Shown here one piece after another: positions 11,601 through 23,600 of a stretch of DNA of 64,000 bases. Made by a program: the position numbers and the translations under genes. The notes beneath the pieces were generated by a model. It ran no database searches. It was not told where the DNA came from and worked only from the letters and a program-made list of their open reading frames with translations. Origin of the DNA: Lama guanicoe (Eukaryota); the NCBI GenBank assembly GCA_013239625.1, contig MU054466.1, positions 248,001 through 312,000 on the forward strand, given 5' to 3'. Every line of letters starts with the position of its first letter. Position 1 is the first letter of the stretch.

Positions 11601-14600
11601 GGGACAGAGGAAAGAGGCCCAGTGCCTCTGGGGCTCCTGGGCACTGCAGAAGGGGGCTGGGAGGGGGAACAGGGGTGGGGGGGGCACCTTGCCCCCGCCG
11701 ACCTAGACTCCTTTCCTTGGTGGGCTTCCAGCCTCTCTGCTGGTCTGGCCCCACCCCCCATTATGGTGGCTGCCCTGGGGAAGCAGACCCCCTCGCCCCA
11801 ACTCAACCTCTGCAGGGCCACCGGTCACTTAACAAAGACCAGCCTCTGTTACTAATTAAAATATCTGAAGAGACTCTGAAGAGGAAACCATTAGGCCAGA
11901 GGGCTGGGGAGGCCCCGGCTGCTCTCCCGGGGTGAAGGGACAGCACATTCCTTCAGCTCTGGACAGCAGCCCAGCAGGGCACCGGATCAACGCTCCGCAC
12001 CCCGGAGCACTCGGGGCCTCCAGCCAGTGGGGAGGGCCGGCTTGGCATTCCCCACAGAGGCTGCGGGTCCGGGAGGAAAGGCGGGGCAGGGCAGCAGGCC
12101 TGGCAGCGTCCCCTCCAGCCTGGAGCCAAACCTGCCCAGCAGCTGGCATACCAGGGCCCTCCTGGGCAGCCGGCAACCTGCAGTGAGGCCTCTGACCCTT
12201 GACCCTTCAGGAGCTCCCCTGGCCGCCCCATGTGCCAGTCCCTTCTCACCCAGACCCCAGAGGCAGTCCTGGCTGCGGGTGCCGGCAGCCAGCCAGGCAG
12301 GCCCATCCTTGCCGGGACAGGAATAGCAGAGAAGGCTGGAAAGCCCCCAAACCACCCCAAAACCGACTTGAGAGGTGCCCTGCTCCCTGCAGTGCCCCCT
12401 CTAAAGAGCCTTCTCCCACTCCTGGGCGGCTGCCCCTCAAGCATCAGCCCCAGCAGCGCCCCCAGCCCAGCAGGCGGCCAGTACCTGAAACAAGGTCAGC
12501 ATGTGGTCGTCCAGGATGGTTTTCGGAGGAGCAATGACTACGGACAGACAGGTGGACAGTTGTCTGTGTCAGGAAGCCCCCCGCCCCCGCCCCCAAGGAA
12601 GACAGATCTGAGAGTGAGGAGGCCTGGGAGCCATGGCCTCAGGGGAGGGGTTTCTGAAGAGCCCCATCAGCCCACAGCACCCTGTCCAACTGTCTGCGGC
12701 AGCAAAAACCCAGCGACAGGCTAGGGAGAGGGCCTGGGGCAGACCCACCTGCGGGGGACCCCTGCTCGCACTGTCCCCGTGCAGTCCTGTGGCGTGACCC
12801 CTCACCACCCAGACACCCACCGCGGGAGAGTGGGAGAGAGGGTCTGGGCAGGACGCAGGGGGCAGAGAGGCCAACCTCCCTCCCCGACCCTGGGTCCCCA
12901 GCATGGGACCCGTGTGCCCGGTGACGCCGCTTCTTGGGAAAGGCTGCTTCGAGCCTGGGCTGGGAGGGGCGGGGGCTGCTGAGCAGGAGGGCCCAGAGAC
13001 ACGCTCACACAGGTGGAACGGCAGCTCGGGGTCACCCAGGTGGCTCCTCACGAAGTCCCGCAAGTCCCCCACTGAAGGAGGAAGCACGGAGTGAGTGGGG
13101 ACCCCAAATTCAGGCCAGCTCCAGGGCCAGGCCCCTCTGTGCAGACCCCCACCCCCTACAGGCCCAGCAGTCTGACCCTGGAGGTATAGAACCTAATGCC
13201 CCCTCAGGCTGAATCCAAGCATGTTCCCGCCCGGCGCCCCCAGCAGCCAGGCCAGCGGGACATCCCTCCCTTTGCCTCTCGCCCTGCCCACCACCAGAGC
13301 CTGAGCTCTGCCCCAGGAAGGCCCCCCCAGGGACCTCGAGGGCCTGCCTGCCGCCCCTGCAGCCTTGGGTCCAGGTCACCAGGTACCCCGCTCAGAACGG
13401 TGGCATCGCTGCCGCGCCAGGCCAAGAAACCACTGCTGGGTGTGGGGAGCCGTGGGCCCACCCTCTCTGGGCCCCCTCCCACCCACGCCCCAGGCAGGCG
13501 GGTTCACGGAGGCACAGGCCCACGGTCGCCGCCCAGCCGGCCTGTGCCTGCTGGCTGCCCCACAGAGACAACAGGGACCTGAAAGCAGCCAGCCCCAGAG
13601 CCCGACGGCCGAGCAGCCACAGTCCCACAGCCCAGAAGGAAGGAGCCGGGAGGGGCTCACAGGGTCCCCACCCTCCCGGGCGCTCACCGGTCTCACTGGG
13701 GCGGAAGCAGCCCTGCAGAACGTGGCGGTCAGGAAACAGGACCCTCAGGACCACCTGGGCCGGGACAGGTGGCTTGTCAGCAGGCCAGCCAGAGCCCGGC
13801 TGCACAGGTGGGCCCACCACGAGGGGCCTCCCAACGCACACTGGGCCAGCCGCCCCCTCAGCTCGGCTGCCCCGACGCCCCGGCCACGAGCTGCACATGA
13901 AGACAAGCCAAGAACCCATGTTTTTCAACTTAAGGTGGGGCTGACTGTTCTTCAGGAACCGTGAGCGTGCAGTCCTCGGCTGAGGCAGGGGACCGCGGCC
14001 AGAAGCGCTCGGGCAGCGGGAGCAGAGCCACATGCAGACCCGCCCCCCGCGTACCTTGGGGTAGCGCTGCAGCTTCTCCTTCATCTGAGCCTCCCGGAAG
14101 GCCCTGGTCACCAAGGGGGCTTCTTCCAGGCGCTTCCTGAGGGGAGGGGCGGGGTGAAGGCCCAGGCCTGTGCGGGCACAGCGGAGGCCCCACACCAGCT
14201 GGACTTCGAGAGCTGTTCCAGCACGCAAGGCCGGGTGGGAGCCCCTGCCCGGGCTCCGCCCCTCCACAGAGCTGCCAGGGCATGGGTGTTGGGGACCCAG
14301 ACTTGGGCAGCAGGGAGCCTCCAGAGGGGGCCAAGGCGCACCCACCGCTCGCTCTTGAGCTGGGCCAAGCGTCTCCTGACGTCGTCCACGGTCACCTCGA
14401 AGAACTCGTCAGGCAGCTCTGAGGGCCAGGCCTGGAGCAGCACTTCCAGGTCGGGGTGGCACACCACGGGGTCTCGGTCCACTGGCTGGGCAGGCGGAGG
14501 GCTCGGCTGACACAGGTGCCCAGGACGGGCCCAGGCCCTTACTCCACGGGACTGGGGTGCTGATGCAGACCCAGGCTGAGCCCAGGCCACGGCTGGCCCC

Positions 14601-17600
14601 ATCTATGGGCCCAGGGCCAGGGCCAGGTCTCCAGGGTGGGATGTGGGATCACCGAGCCTGCCCGCTCAGCCACACCAATGCTGAGATCCTCACCCACCAG
14701 CAAGGCATGTGGTCCTGGGGTCTCGGCTAGACTGGGCCAGCAGGTACCTCGTGACACCCTCATGGCTGGGGTATTGGGCAGTGGGTGGGCGGCAGCTCAG
14801 CAGGGCCAGCCTCCCTTGGCAGCACCTCTGCTCACTTCCTGTCTCTGAGGGAGGCCCCCATGAGCCCCCGGGGGCTGCCCGCTATCAGGGTCCCCCAAAG
14901 CAGGGGACAAACTTGGGGAGCAGCACCCTGGTCAAGGCCACGTCAGGGGCTCCATGGGAGGGGCGGGGAAGCAACAGCCCCCAAATTAGAGGTTTGGCAG
15001 AACCCTGCTAGCCGCTGGCCCCATGGCGAGGCTGACCCACCCCCTCCCTGGGGGAGCAGGCTGGCCCCACCCTCTGACCACCCTGGGGACACAGGAAGGG
15101 ACGGCGTCCCTCCTAATTGGCAGCAATGGGGATGGAAATTACAAGGCAGGCTTGCCAGGCCTGCAGGGCCTCTGGGGGGCTAATTGCAGCGAGTGTCTCC
15201 CGCGCGACCACGGGGAGACCAGGCCTGATCAAGGCGTCCAGCAGGGCTGGCAGTCCTCCCTCCACAAAATGTCCATGAGCCTTCTGGGGTGAGGCCATGG
15301 TGCCTTCTGCTCACTGCCCCGTCCCGGCCTCGGCAAGAAAATCCCGCCTCCCGCCTCTCGACACCCAGGGACGGCTCAGCAGGCTTCTCTGACCATCCTT
15401 TCCTCAGCCTGGCCGCAGCCCCACCTGTTCTAAAGGGCTCCCATGCTGGTCGAGGGCAAAAGCTGCCCGGCAGTCAGGAGCTCACTCCCCCAGTGCACCT
15501 GCCAGGTGTCCCCGGGGCCACTCCCCCAGCCACACCATCCAGGCCACCAGCTGCGCCACACCTCACGATGGAGGGAGGCGGGCGCTCGCCAGGACACCCC
15601 TCTGATCTCAGGGCACTGGGGCAGGGTGGCCAGGAAGGGGTGGCTGAGGCCCGCGCAGCGGGGCCCGAAGGTGGCTGACAGAGGCCCTTGGGGGCTGCCC
15701 CCTCAGAGCCACAATCCTCCTGCAGCCCGCAGGCAGTCCACACCAGAGCTTTTTATAACAAGATGCCAGGCGCCAGGCTGCCCCCCACAGCCACGGCGCC
15801 TGCATTCCAGAGGGGCTGAGTGCTCGCTTGGGCTCCTCGGGGAGGACGAGGGCGGACGCGGGTGTGCCGAGCAGGGCACTGCCATGCCCACGAGTGCCAG
15901 GCCCCGGGCCCTGGGGCACAAAGCCCACAGGCCAAGGCGCGGGCTCTGGGGCTGCCCTGTCCCCATCCCACCCTGGCAGTCCCGGACACACAAGCCCCCT
16001 GGAGAACCCAGCACTCAGGTGACATGCGCTCCAGGGCACGGAGCTGAGGCTGACCATCCAGACATGGCCAGTGAAGCCTGTCCCTGAGAGGAGAAGGCCA
16101 CTCCGGCCTCCGCGCCATCCCGGTGCTGCCAGTGCACAGCCCGTGGTGACCGTGGGGACTGCAGGCCGCTAGCACTGCCCACAACCCCCAGCCCACGGCC
16201 CGCTCCCCGAGGCCCCTTCCAGCACAGGGATGCAGGTGACAACAGCCATTAGCTTCAAGCTGCTCAGGGACCACTGACTTCCCATCAGAAAATAAACTGA
16301 CAAAAATCTCTCTCTGTGTTGGCTCCAACCTCGATCCCACCCCTCCTCCAGGCCACTGCTCTGCTCCAGAGGAGCCCGGAGCTGAAGGGGCTGCCTTGAG
16401 AAGCAGTCTCACACACTCACCTGCACCGCTCTGCACCCCAGGGGCCTCCCCGCTTCTGGGCAGAGAAGCCGGGGTTCCGAGCAGCCTCTGCTGCCCACCA
16501 GGGCCCAGACCACCCAAGTCCTAGAGCTGCCACCATGTCCAGCCCTGGGCAGACCCTGTCCCACAAGAACAGATGGCCATCTGTGGCTGGGCAGGTAGGA
16601 CGGTCACCCAGCTGTCAAAGGGAGAAGCCACGGGGCTTTACACGCCTCCACGTGGCCCGCGTAACAGAGACATTTCCCTGCAGAGAGAAGAGGGGTGGGC
16701 CTGCAGCTCTGCGTGGGGCGAGTGGGGAGACGCTGTGCCGGGGGAGGCCGAGCCCAGGCCCCGCTCACTTCCGACGCCTGGCCAGCCACCTGGCCCCCAT
16801 TCGCTATTGCCTCACCCGCTTCCCCCGGTCGCGGGCAGTTATCACGCATGGCTCCCATCCTAGGTGGGTTTACAGAGATGCTTGTCAACGGAGAACAGAC
16901 GTCTAGGATGACACGTCACTAAGAAAGAAACACCCATGTGGCGGCAACAGTCATTCACGTCTGTTCTCTCACCACCACCACCCTCACCACGGGGCGCGGG
17001 CTCCTGTGCGCTGGCCGCGGCCAGTCCCGGGGCCCAGGACGGGGCTCCAAGAGGAATGTCCCAGCTGGTGCCCAGGGACGCTTGCGGAGCGGCTGGTCTT
17101 CATAGCCCGCATCTCCAGGTCTGCTCTTCCAGAGGTGTCCAGGGAGCCCCGTGGAGGACGCGCCCCCACCAAGAACTCGACATCACCAGGCCTGGGACAT
17201 TCCAGCAAACGCATGGGCTTCCCTCCTCACTGGCTCAAGGCTGGGCTCCTGAGCGCTGTCTATTCCAGAGACACAGCTCCAGCTGCGTCTTCCCGCCCAA
17301 TCCTTTACCCCAGCAAAGTCAGAGGAGTCGTCCCTCCCTCAGTGGCCCAGATGCTGCTATCCGCGAGAGAAGGGGCAGAATAGTGAGGATGCAGCCGGAG
17401 CCAGGGTCTCAGCCCACGGAGTGGCATCTAAGTGACCGTGTCCAACGAGGGGGAACAGGCCTGGACGCCATCCTGCAGGGAGGAGGGGCTGGTCTGCAGG
17501 CTCCGAGGGGGGGCCACAAGGGACCGGACCCCTCTGGCGAAAAGCCTGGCAGGGGCTCTCTTTCCCGCAAGCACACAACCCTGGCAAAGATTCCCAGGTG

Positions 17601-20600
17601 CCAGCTTCCCGCGAGGGTCTTACGGAGAAGAGGATACCCAGAAAACCAGACAGAGTGGGATGGGTCAGACTGCTGGGCTGACACCCACGAGGGGCCCAGA
17701 GGGCGCTTGGGAGGGACAGGGGCACCCTCTGCGGGGGGTGTCCAGAGGCCCAGGGCCGCTGAGATGTGGGGACCTGGTGACTGATGCCTCAGAGGAGCCC
17801 CGCCGCACCAGGAAGACCCTTCAAGGGAGACCCCGGGGAGGGAGGTGTGACGCACTGCCTGCCCTCTGCCCTACGGAGGTCAGTGTGGCCCCAGGCATGG
17901 GCAGGGCCAGGCCCGGAGGGGACAGCCAGAGGACGTGCTCCAGCGGCGACCCGCTTGGGCACACGGGGTCCCCTCATGTCAGAAGCGGCCTCCCTGCTGC
18001 TGCGGTTTCATCTTCTTGACGGTAATTTTCCAGGACATGATGACACACGGAGAAAAAATGTGAAAAATATGTGGAGGTGACCTCAACCCCAGATCTTCCA
18101 GCTTCCTCGTGAGGGCGCTTGTCTTCCTCCCGCCGGCCCACAGGCCTCCCTCTCAGCCCAGACTCTCCTCTGACAATGGTTTTTGGTAACAGGGAACATG
18201 AAGCCTTTTCCCTTGAGGCTTGGAGCTTAAATGAATCACTACTCCAGGGACGCGGGCCAAACCTCTGTCACTCCCAGAGCCAGCCGCCCTCTGGAAGGAG
18301 CGCCGAGCCAGCACGAGGCTGACTGACCGGACAGCCCTGCACCCTGAACCCGAGCGCCTGGCCCGCCCGCCCTGGGCTGGCGTCCACCCCCGGGCCCGCC
18401 CCTCCTCGAGCAGAAGAAACGAGGGGAGAGCTTTCCGGAGCTGGAAAGGCTGGGCCAGGGTGGCACGCGGGTACCGTCTGAAGCGGGGCTGCTCCCAGGC
18501 GCCTGGTGTGGCCGGGTGCACGTGTCCGGGCACAAGGTCCACAAACCCCCAAAGGACTGAAGGAGCAGACACGGGGCACGATGGGGGAGGCTCTCCTCAC
18601 CTGCACACCTGGCAGCTGCCCCCAGGGAGCCCAGGGAAACTGGGCACTCAGGTCCGTGAGCCGCAGGGGGTGGACGCACACCGTGGACCAAAGGGCCAGG
18701 AGCAATCCCAACAGGGAGCTCTGTGCGCTGATCTGGACCGGGTAATGCAAACCAGGGGGGCCCGGGTGCCCACGCACCCACCGTCCACTGTGGCTCGCAG
18801 GCTCGACACCCATCTCTCCCCGAGTCATCGTGACTGAGACCCGGCAGGACAGAGACAGCTGGAGGGGAACCTGCCTGTCACCGGGCTTTAAAAACTGCCT
18901 CAAGACTTGGCCGGGACCTTCAAAGCCAAGGACCCGTCTGCCAGCAAACCTCGGCGGGCATTCCAATTGAAGCCAACACTGTTCTTCTCAGGACAGTTGG
19001 GCCCCTGGGCCGCCACCGGCACCCAGGGGGCATCCACCCACAGGGCAGGGCCAGGCCCGCACTGTGACCTGGGGCCACACATGGGGGGAAGCGGGGGTGC
19101 CCTTGAGGGGCACGTCACAGACAGGCACCCCAGGCTCTGGCCAGGCTCCTCCCAGCCCCGTGTTCTAAACCTGCCTGTAAGTAAAGCAGGGAGCAGGAGG
19201 CAAGGCTGACACCTGCCTGAGGCAGGGTGCAAAGTGCCGGGCGAGACCCTGGGGCCGCGTCTCCAGCAGACGAGACCACCCCCTGGAAGGTGAAGGGGGG
19301 GGACCGCTGTCAGCGCCCGCCTTGCCCAGGGGGTCGGGGCCTTTGATCACAGACCCCTGTGCCAGCTGCGTGGGGGGACGCCTGCTGGGATCACACCGGC
19401 AGCACAAAGGGCTGCGGGGCGGCCTCCGGGGCCAGCGGGAGGACTTCAAAGGACAGGCCAGGGGCCGCTGGGCAGCCCAGCCTCTCCCCGCACCCGGCTC
19501 TGACGGCCAGTAAAACTACCTTCTAATAATTAACGTTCTGAGATCAAAGGCGGTAGCCGCCCGGGTCTGTAAACCATCCCGGGCCTCAGCCGAGGACCTG
19601 CCTGCATTTTATCCTGTCTCTTCTGACTCTCTATTCAAATCCAAAACCACACACAGGCAAAACATTAATGGGGAACTTGGAAACTCTTTTTGATTACTAA
19701 AGTGTACCTTTGAAGTTCCCCCAAAAGTTCTGTTTTGTTCCCTTCTCCCCTCCCCCAGGACTTAAGGGGACACAAAGCAGACACCATGTGGCTGGCCGGG
19801 CCCCCGGGTGTGCGGCTGTCAGTGACAGGAGGCGTGAGGCAGGCGGGCGGGGGACGCTCCACAATCAACCAGCTGCTGGGGCTCCCAGATCAAAGACACG
19901 CACTGCTGGCAGCCAGGCGGACTGTCCCCGGGACCCCTCCTTCTTGGAGCCCCTGGGGTCAGTGCTCGGGGAGGCACTGGGACACTGCCCCTGGACAGCA
20001 ACCACATCCCGGGCCAGCACCAGCCCCCCAGACACCAGCAGGTTCCCAAGAGACACAGAGACCTGCAGCCTTCAGGGTGGGAGAAAGTGACAGCTAGCCC
20101 TGGCACCAGATTTCTGGCCCCCAAACCCTGGGGCCTCCAGAGAGAGCAGGTCCAGTGGGAGTCAGGCCCCAACCACAAGTGTTCGCTTCTGATGGCTGAT
20201 CTCAGGGTCCAGGCTGTGAGACAGGGGACTTCATGCTGTTTCTAATGGGGTCCATACACCAGCGTAGAAGCTACTGGGTCCCCAGAGGGCCAGAGCACTA
20301 CCATTGCCACCTCCCCAGGATGCACACCTGTCAGGGGGACTGCCTGGGTCCCCCACCCCTCCCCTGTCCATTCAGCAAGAACACACAAAGGGGGGCTCAG
20401 GGAACAGGAGTGGTCCCGGCGCCTGCCCCTTGGCAGGGATCCAGGCTCTGTCCCACGGCCAAGCCCCCCCCCAACTAGGCCCTGCAGGCACAGGTGCCCA
20501 ACCCTCCCCCATCCCCAGGGGTGTGACCTGGAGGCAAGAGTGAGGAGGAGGCCCCAGAGGAGACAGGATGCAGGCGGCGAGCTCCAGAACTAAAACGTTA

Positions 20601-23600
20601 GTTAACCACAACCAGCAGTGTTGCTAACACCATCACTGAAACGGGACGGATACCTGGAAGGCAAGGACGGCTTTATGGGGGAAACCGACCCAGGACCTCA
20701 CCACACAAACAAACTGAAGGAGGAAGAAGACATGGGGTCATCTCGACGTGGGAAAAACAGCTCATAAAGCTTTATAGCCCGCTTACAATAAAGAAAAATT
20801 CTCAGGACGGTGGGAATAGGAACTCCTGACTTGATAAAGGCTTTTCCACAGCACACATCATCCTTCAGGTAAACTACTGCCTCCAACGTCATGGTCAAGG
20901 TCAAGCAGGGACGCCCACTGAACTGGCTGCCAGTCAACAGACACCAGAGGCCCAGCCACTGCGACATGACAAGAAAACACTTGAGAGAAGGAAGAGCATC
21001 AAGACAAAAAACAAAACTGACATGACTTGCAGAGACTCCAAGTGAAGCCAAGCACTGCTGGAACCAGTGAAGCAACAAGCCCACAGCCTTCCAGCCCCCG
21101 GAGCCTCCTCAGGGGCCAAGCCCAGGAGGTGGGCAGCCCAGTGCTGGGGAATCCACATGCCTCTACTGGCAGCAGGGTCTGTGAGCACTGTGCAGTGAGC
21201 AGTCACATGGAGGGACCCCAGAAGGCAGTGGAAGCTCAGTCGTATGACTTGTGACAGCCCTACTGAAGAAGGTCCTGCACCAGCATCCAGCTGGAAAACA
21301 CCCCACAGGGGCTCAGGCCTGTCCCCTAGCTTAGATGCTCCGACAGGGCTGCAACGGGCCAGGGCAGCCTGACCCACCAGACCGGCACCATCAGATGGAG
21401 GGGTGGAAGACACTGGTGCGATGCCAAGAGCCACCTGCAGAAGTGTCGCCCACCTGGGGGGGGGCCCTTGCTCGAGGGGCCACTCCCTGACCCGTCACTG
21501 CCTGTTCAATGTGACCCAAATTGCAGGACGCCTTCCATCGCTCATGTCTGTTGCGGTCAGAGCAGTGGACAGGGGTGGGCATCACTATGGGGGAGGGGGT
21601 GGGACAGGGACGACTGGAGCCCGAGGCACTCAAGGACAGACTCAGCATCGAAGACAACGTGCTGCTGGCAAAACCTGCCCAACACTGCAAAACTGGTGGT
21701 GGTGTCTACACAGTAAGTTATACCTCAACAGAGCTAACCACACAGAGAAGACGTCAAAGTGGCAGCCCAGGGCCCAGGCCAGTTCATCCCAGCTCAGGGA
21801 GAGCTGCAGCCCTCCTCCCAGCTGCGGCTCAGGGTGGCCAGGCGCTTCCACGCCCCAGTCCCTGCCGGAGACGCCCAAGGCCCCACCCACAACGCCTGTG
21901 AAGGGGGAGCAAACTCGCCCTCTCCCGCCTGTTCAGGGAGCGCCCCACACGCCCACGGGCTGGTGGCGCAGACAGCGGGGGAGCTGGGGGGATGCCCGGC
22001 TCAGGGGTAAGCGTGGTGTGGGACAGTCAAAGCCAAACCTCCTTCACGTCAAAAGCCAGCCAAAGCCAGCAGCCCAGGCAGAAAGTGGCAGTGCCAGGAG
22101 GCAGGTTCTCCGGCTGTGACGTGGCTATGGGGACACACAGGTTTGCCAAAACCTACCCACCTGCATTTCTAAAATGATGACTCAACGAAGCTGATCTCAG
22201 ACCGAACAAAACCCCAAGAGCGCTCCCCAGAGACGATGACAACGCGCCCAGCAACCCTGCTGTACCCCAGGCTGACCGGCCGGAGGTCAGGCCACAGACA
22301 AAGGACCCCGGCGCCCAGCACGCCCTTACCGGCTCCGGCTCCGGCTCCGGCTCCGGCTGGGGCTCCTGGCCAGGCCTTGACTTCTTCGGCTTGGAGGGGC
22401 CCGCAGGGCTGGAGAAGGACTTTGGCAATTTGGCTGAAGATGACATGAGAGGCCTTGCGGACCCGGAGGGGCCCCCCAGCCGCTGTCCTCCACCCGAGAA
22501 AGGAACAAAAGGGGCAGGTGAGGGCTCCTTCAGGATCTGCTCTGTCTGAGCGTCTGTGAGGCCGGCCCCCAGGCTGGCTGTCTCGTCCTGATGGCTCACA
22601 TCGCCCTGGCTGAGCCCGGCTGAATTCAAAGGAAGCCGAGGGCCGCTGGCGGCCTGCTCGGCCTCTGTGGATGGCATCAGGCTTCCCGGGCTTTTGCTCC
22701 AGGAGGGCCCAGGCTCCTGCTTGCCAGCAGAGTCACATCGCTTCATGGCAAACCTGCAGGGGGAGGCCCAGAGAGCAAGAGAAACTCCACACTCAGCCCC
22801 TGCCCCCGGACTCCAGCGTTGTGCCCTCTGGTGATGGCCACACCAAATCCAGTCCCGTGGATGCTCGACTCCCCACGGCCCCATCCCGTCCACCGCTCCT
22901 GGGGACAGGAGCACATACGGGCCCCCATGCAGCCCTGTCCACCCTGCAGCCAGCAGACCCCTGACCGGACACACCACGCCCCACGGCGCCCAGCCTCCCA
23001 GGCTGCTGGCGGGAGAAGCCACTGGGCAGGGCAGCTGGGCGTTCCCATGTTTGCTATTCCCTGTCCTCAGAGACCCCAGCTCTCTTTACCAAACCAGACT
23101 CAGATGCCCCCACCTGATGATGGCACTGCCCCCGGTGAGGCCCAGCGACTGCAGTGTTGTGCTCTGCAGGGCAGCCCTGCCAGTCACCTGTTGGGAGGGA
23201 AGGACATCCTGCTGACCCCTCCCTAAGCGCCCTCCGCCTGCCAAGCCCACCACGCGCCACCTGCCTCCGGCCGGGCACTGTGTCATGGGTACCGCAGGGT
23301 CCCCTGAAGGCGTGGGTCCAGCCCCTGCACCCTAATCTACACCCACGTGTTTGTCAGCTGGCCCGCATCGGTCCCCCCACCCCACCCCATGTGAGGGCTT
23401 GGCAGGCAGAGCTCGGGCCAGGTGAGCCAAATCTGGCCCGCGGACCAGCCCTCTGAGCGCTGGGACTGACCACGATGGCCCCAATCCAGGCCCAGATGCC
23501 CGAGGCCCAGTGGTCTGTCTCCTCCAGCGGAGGGAGGGCTCGTGCCCCAGACGCCTCCCACTCACAGCCCTAAAATACCTGCCCTTCTCAGCCCTGGGTC

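Noticed and set aside
9412-12484. Extra cassette exon like the longer human ASPSCR1 isoform
   Set aside because: I could not find a convincing in-frame exon or homologous peptide by eye.
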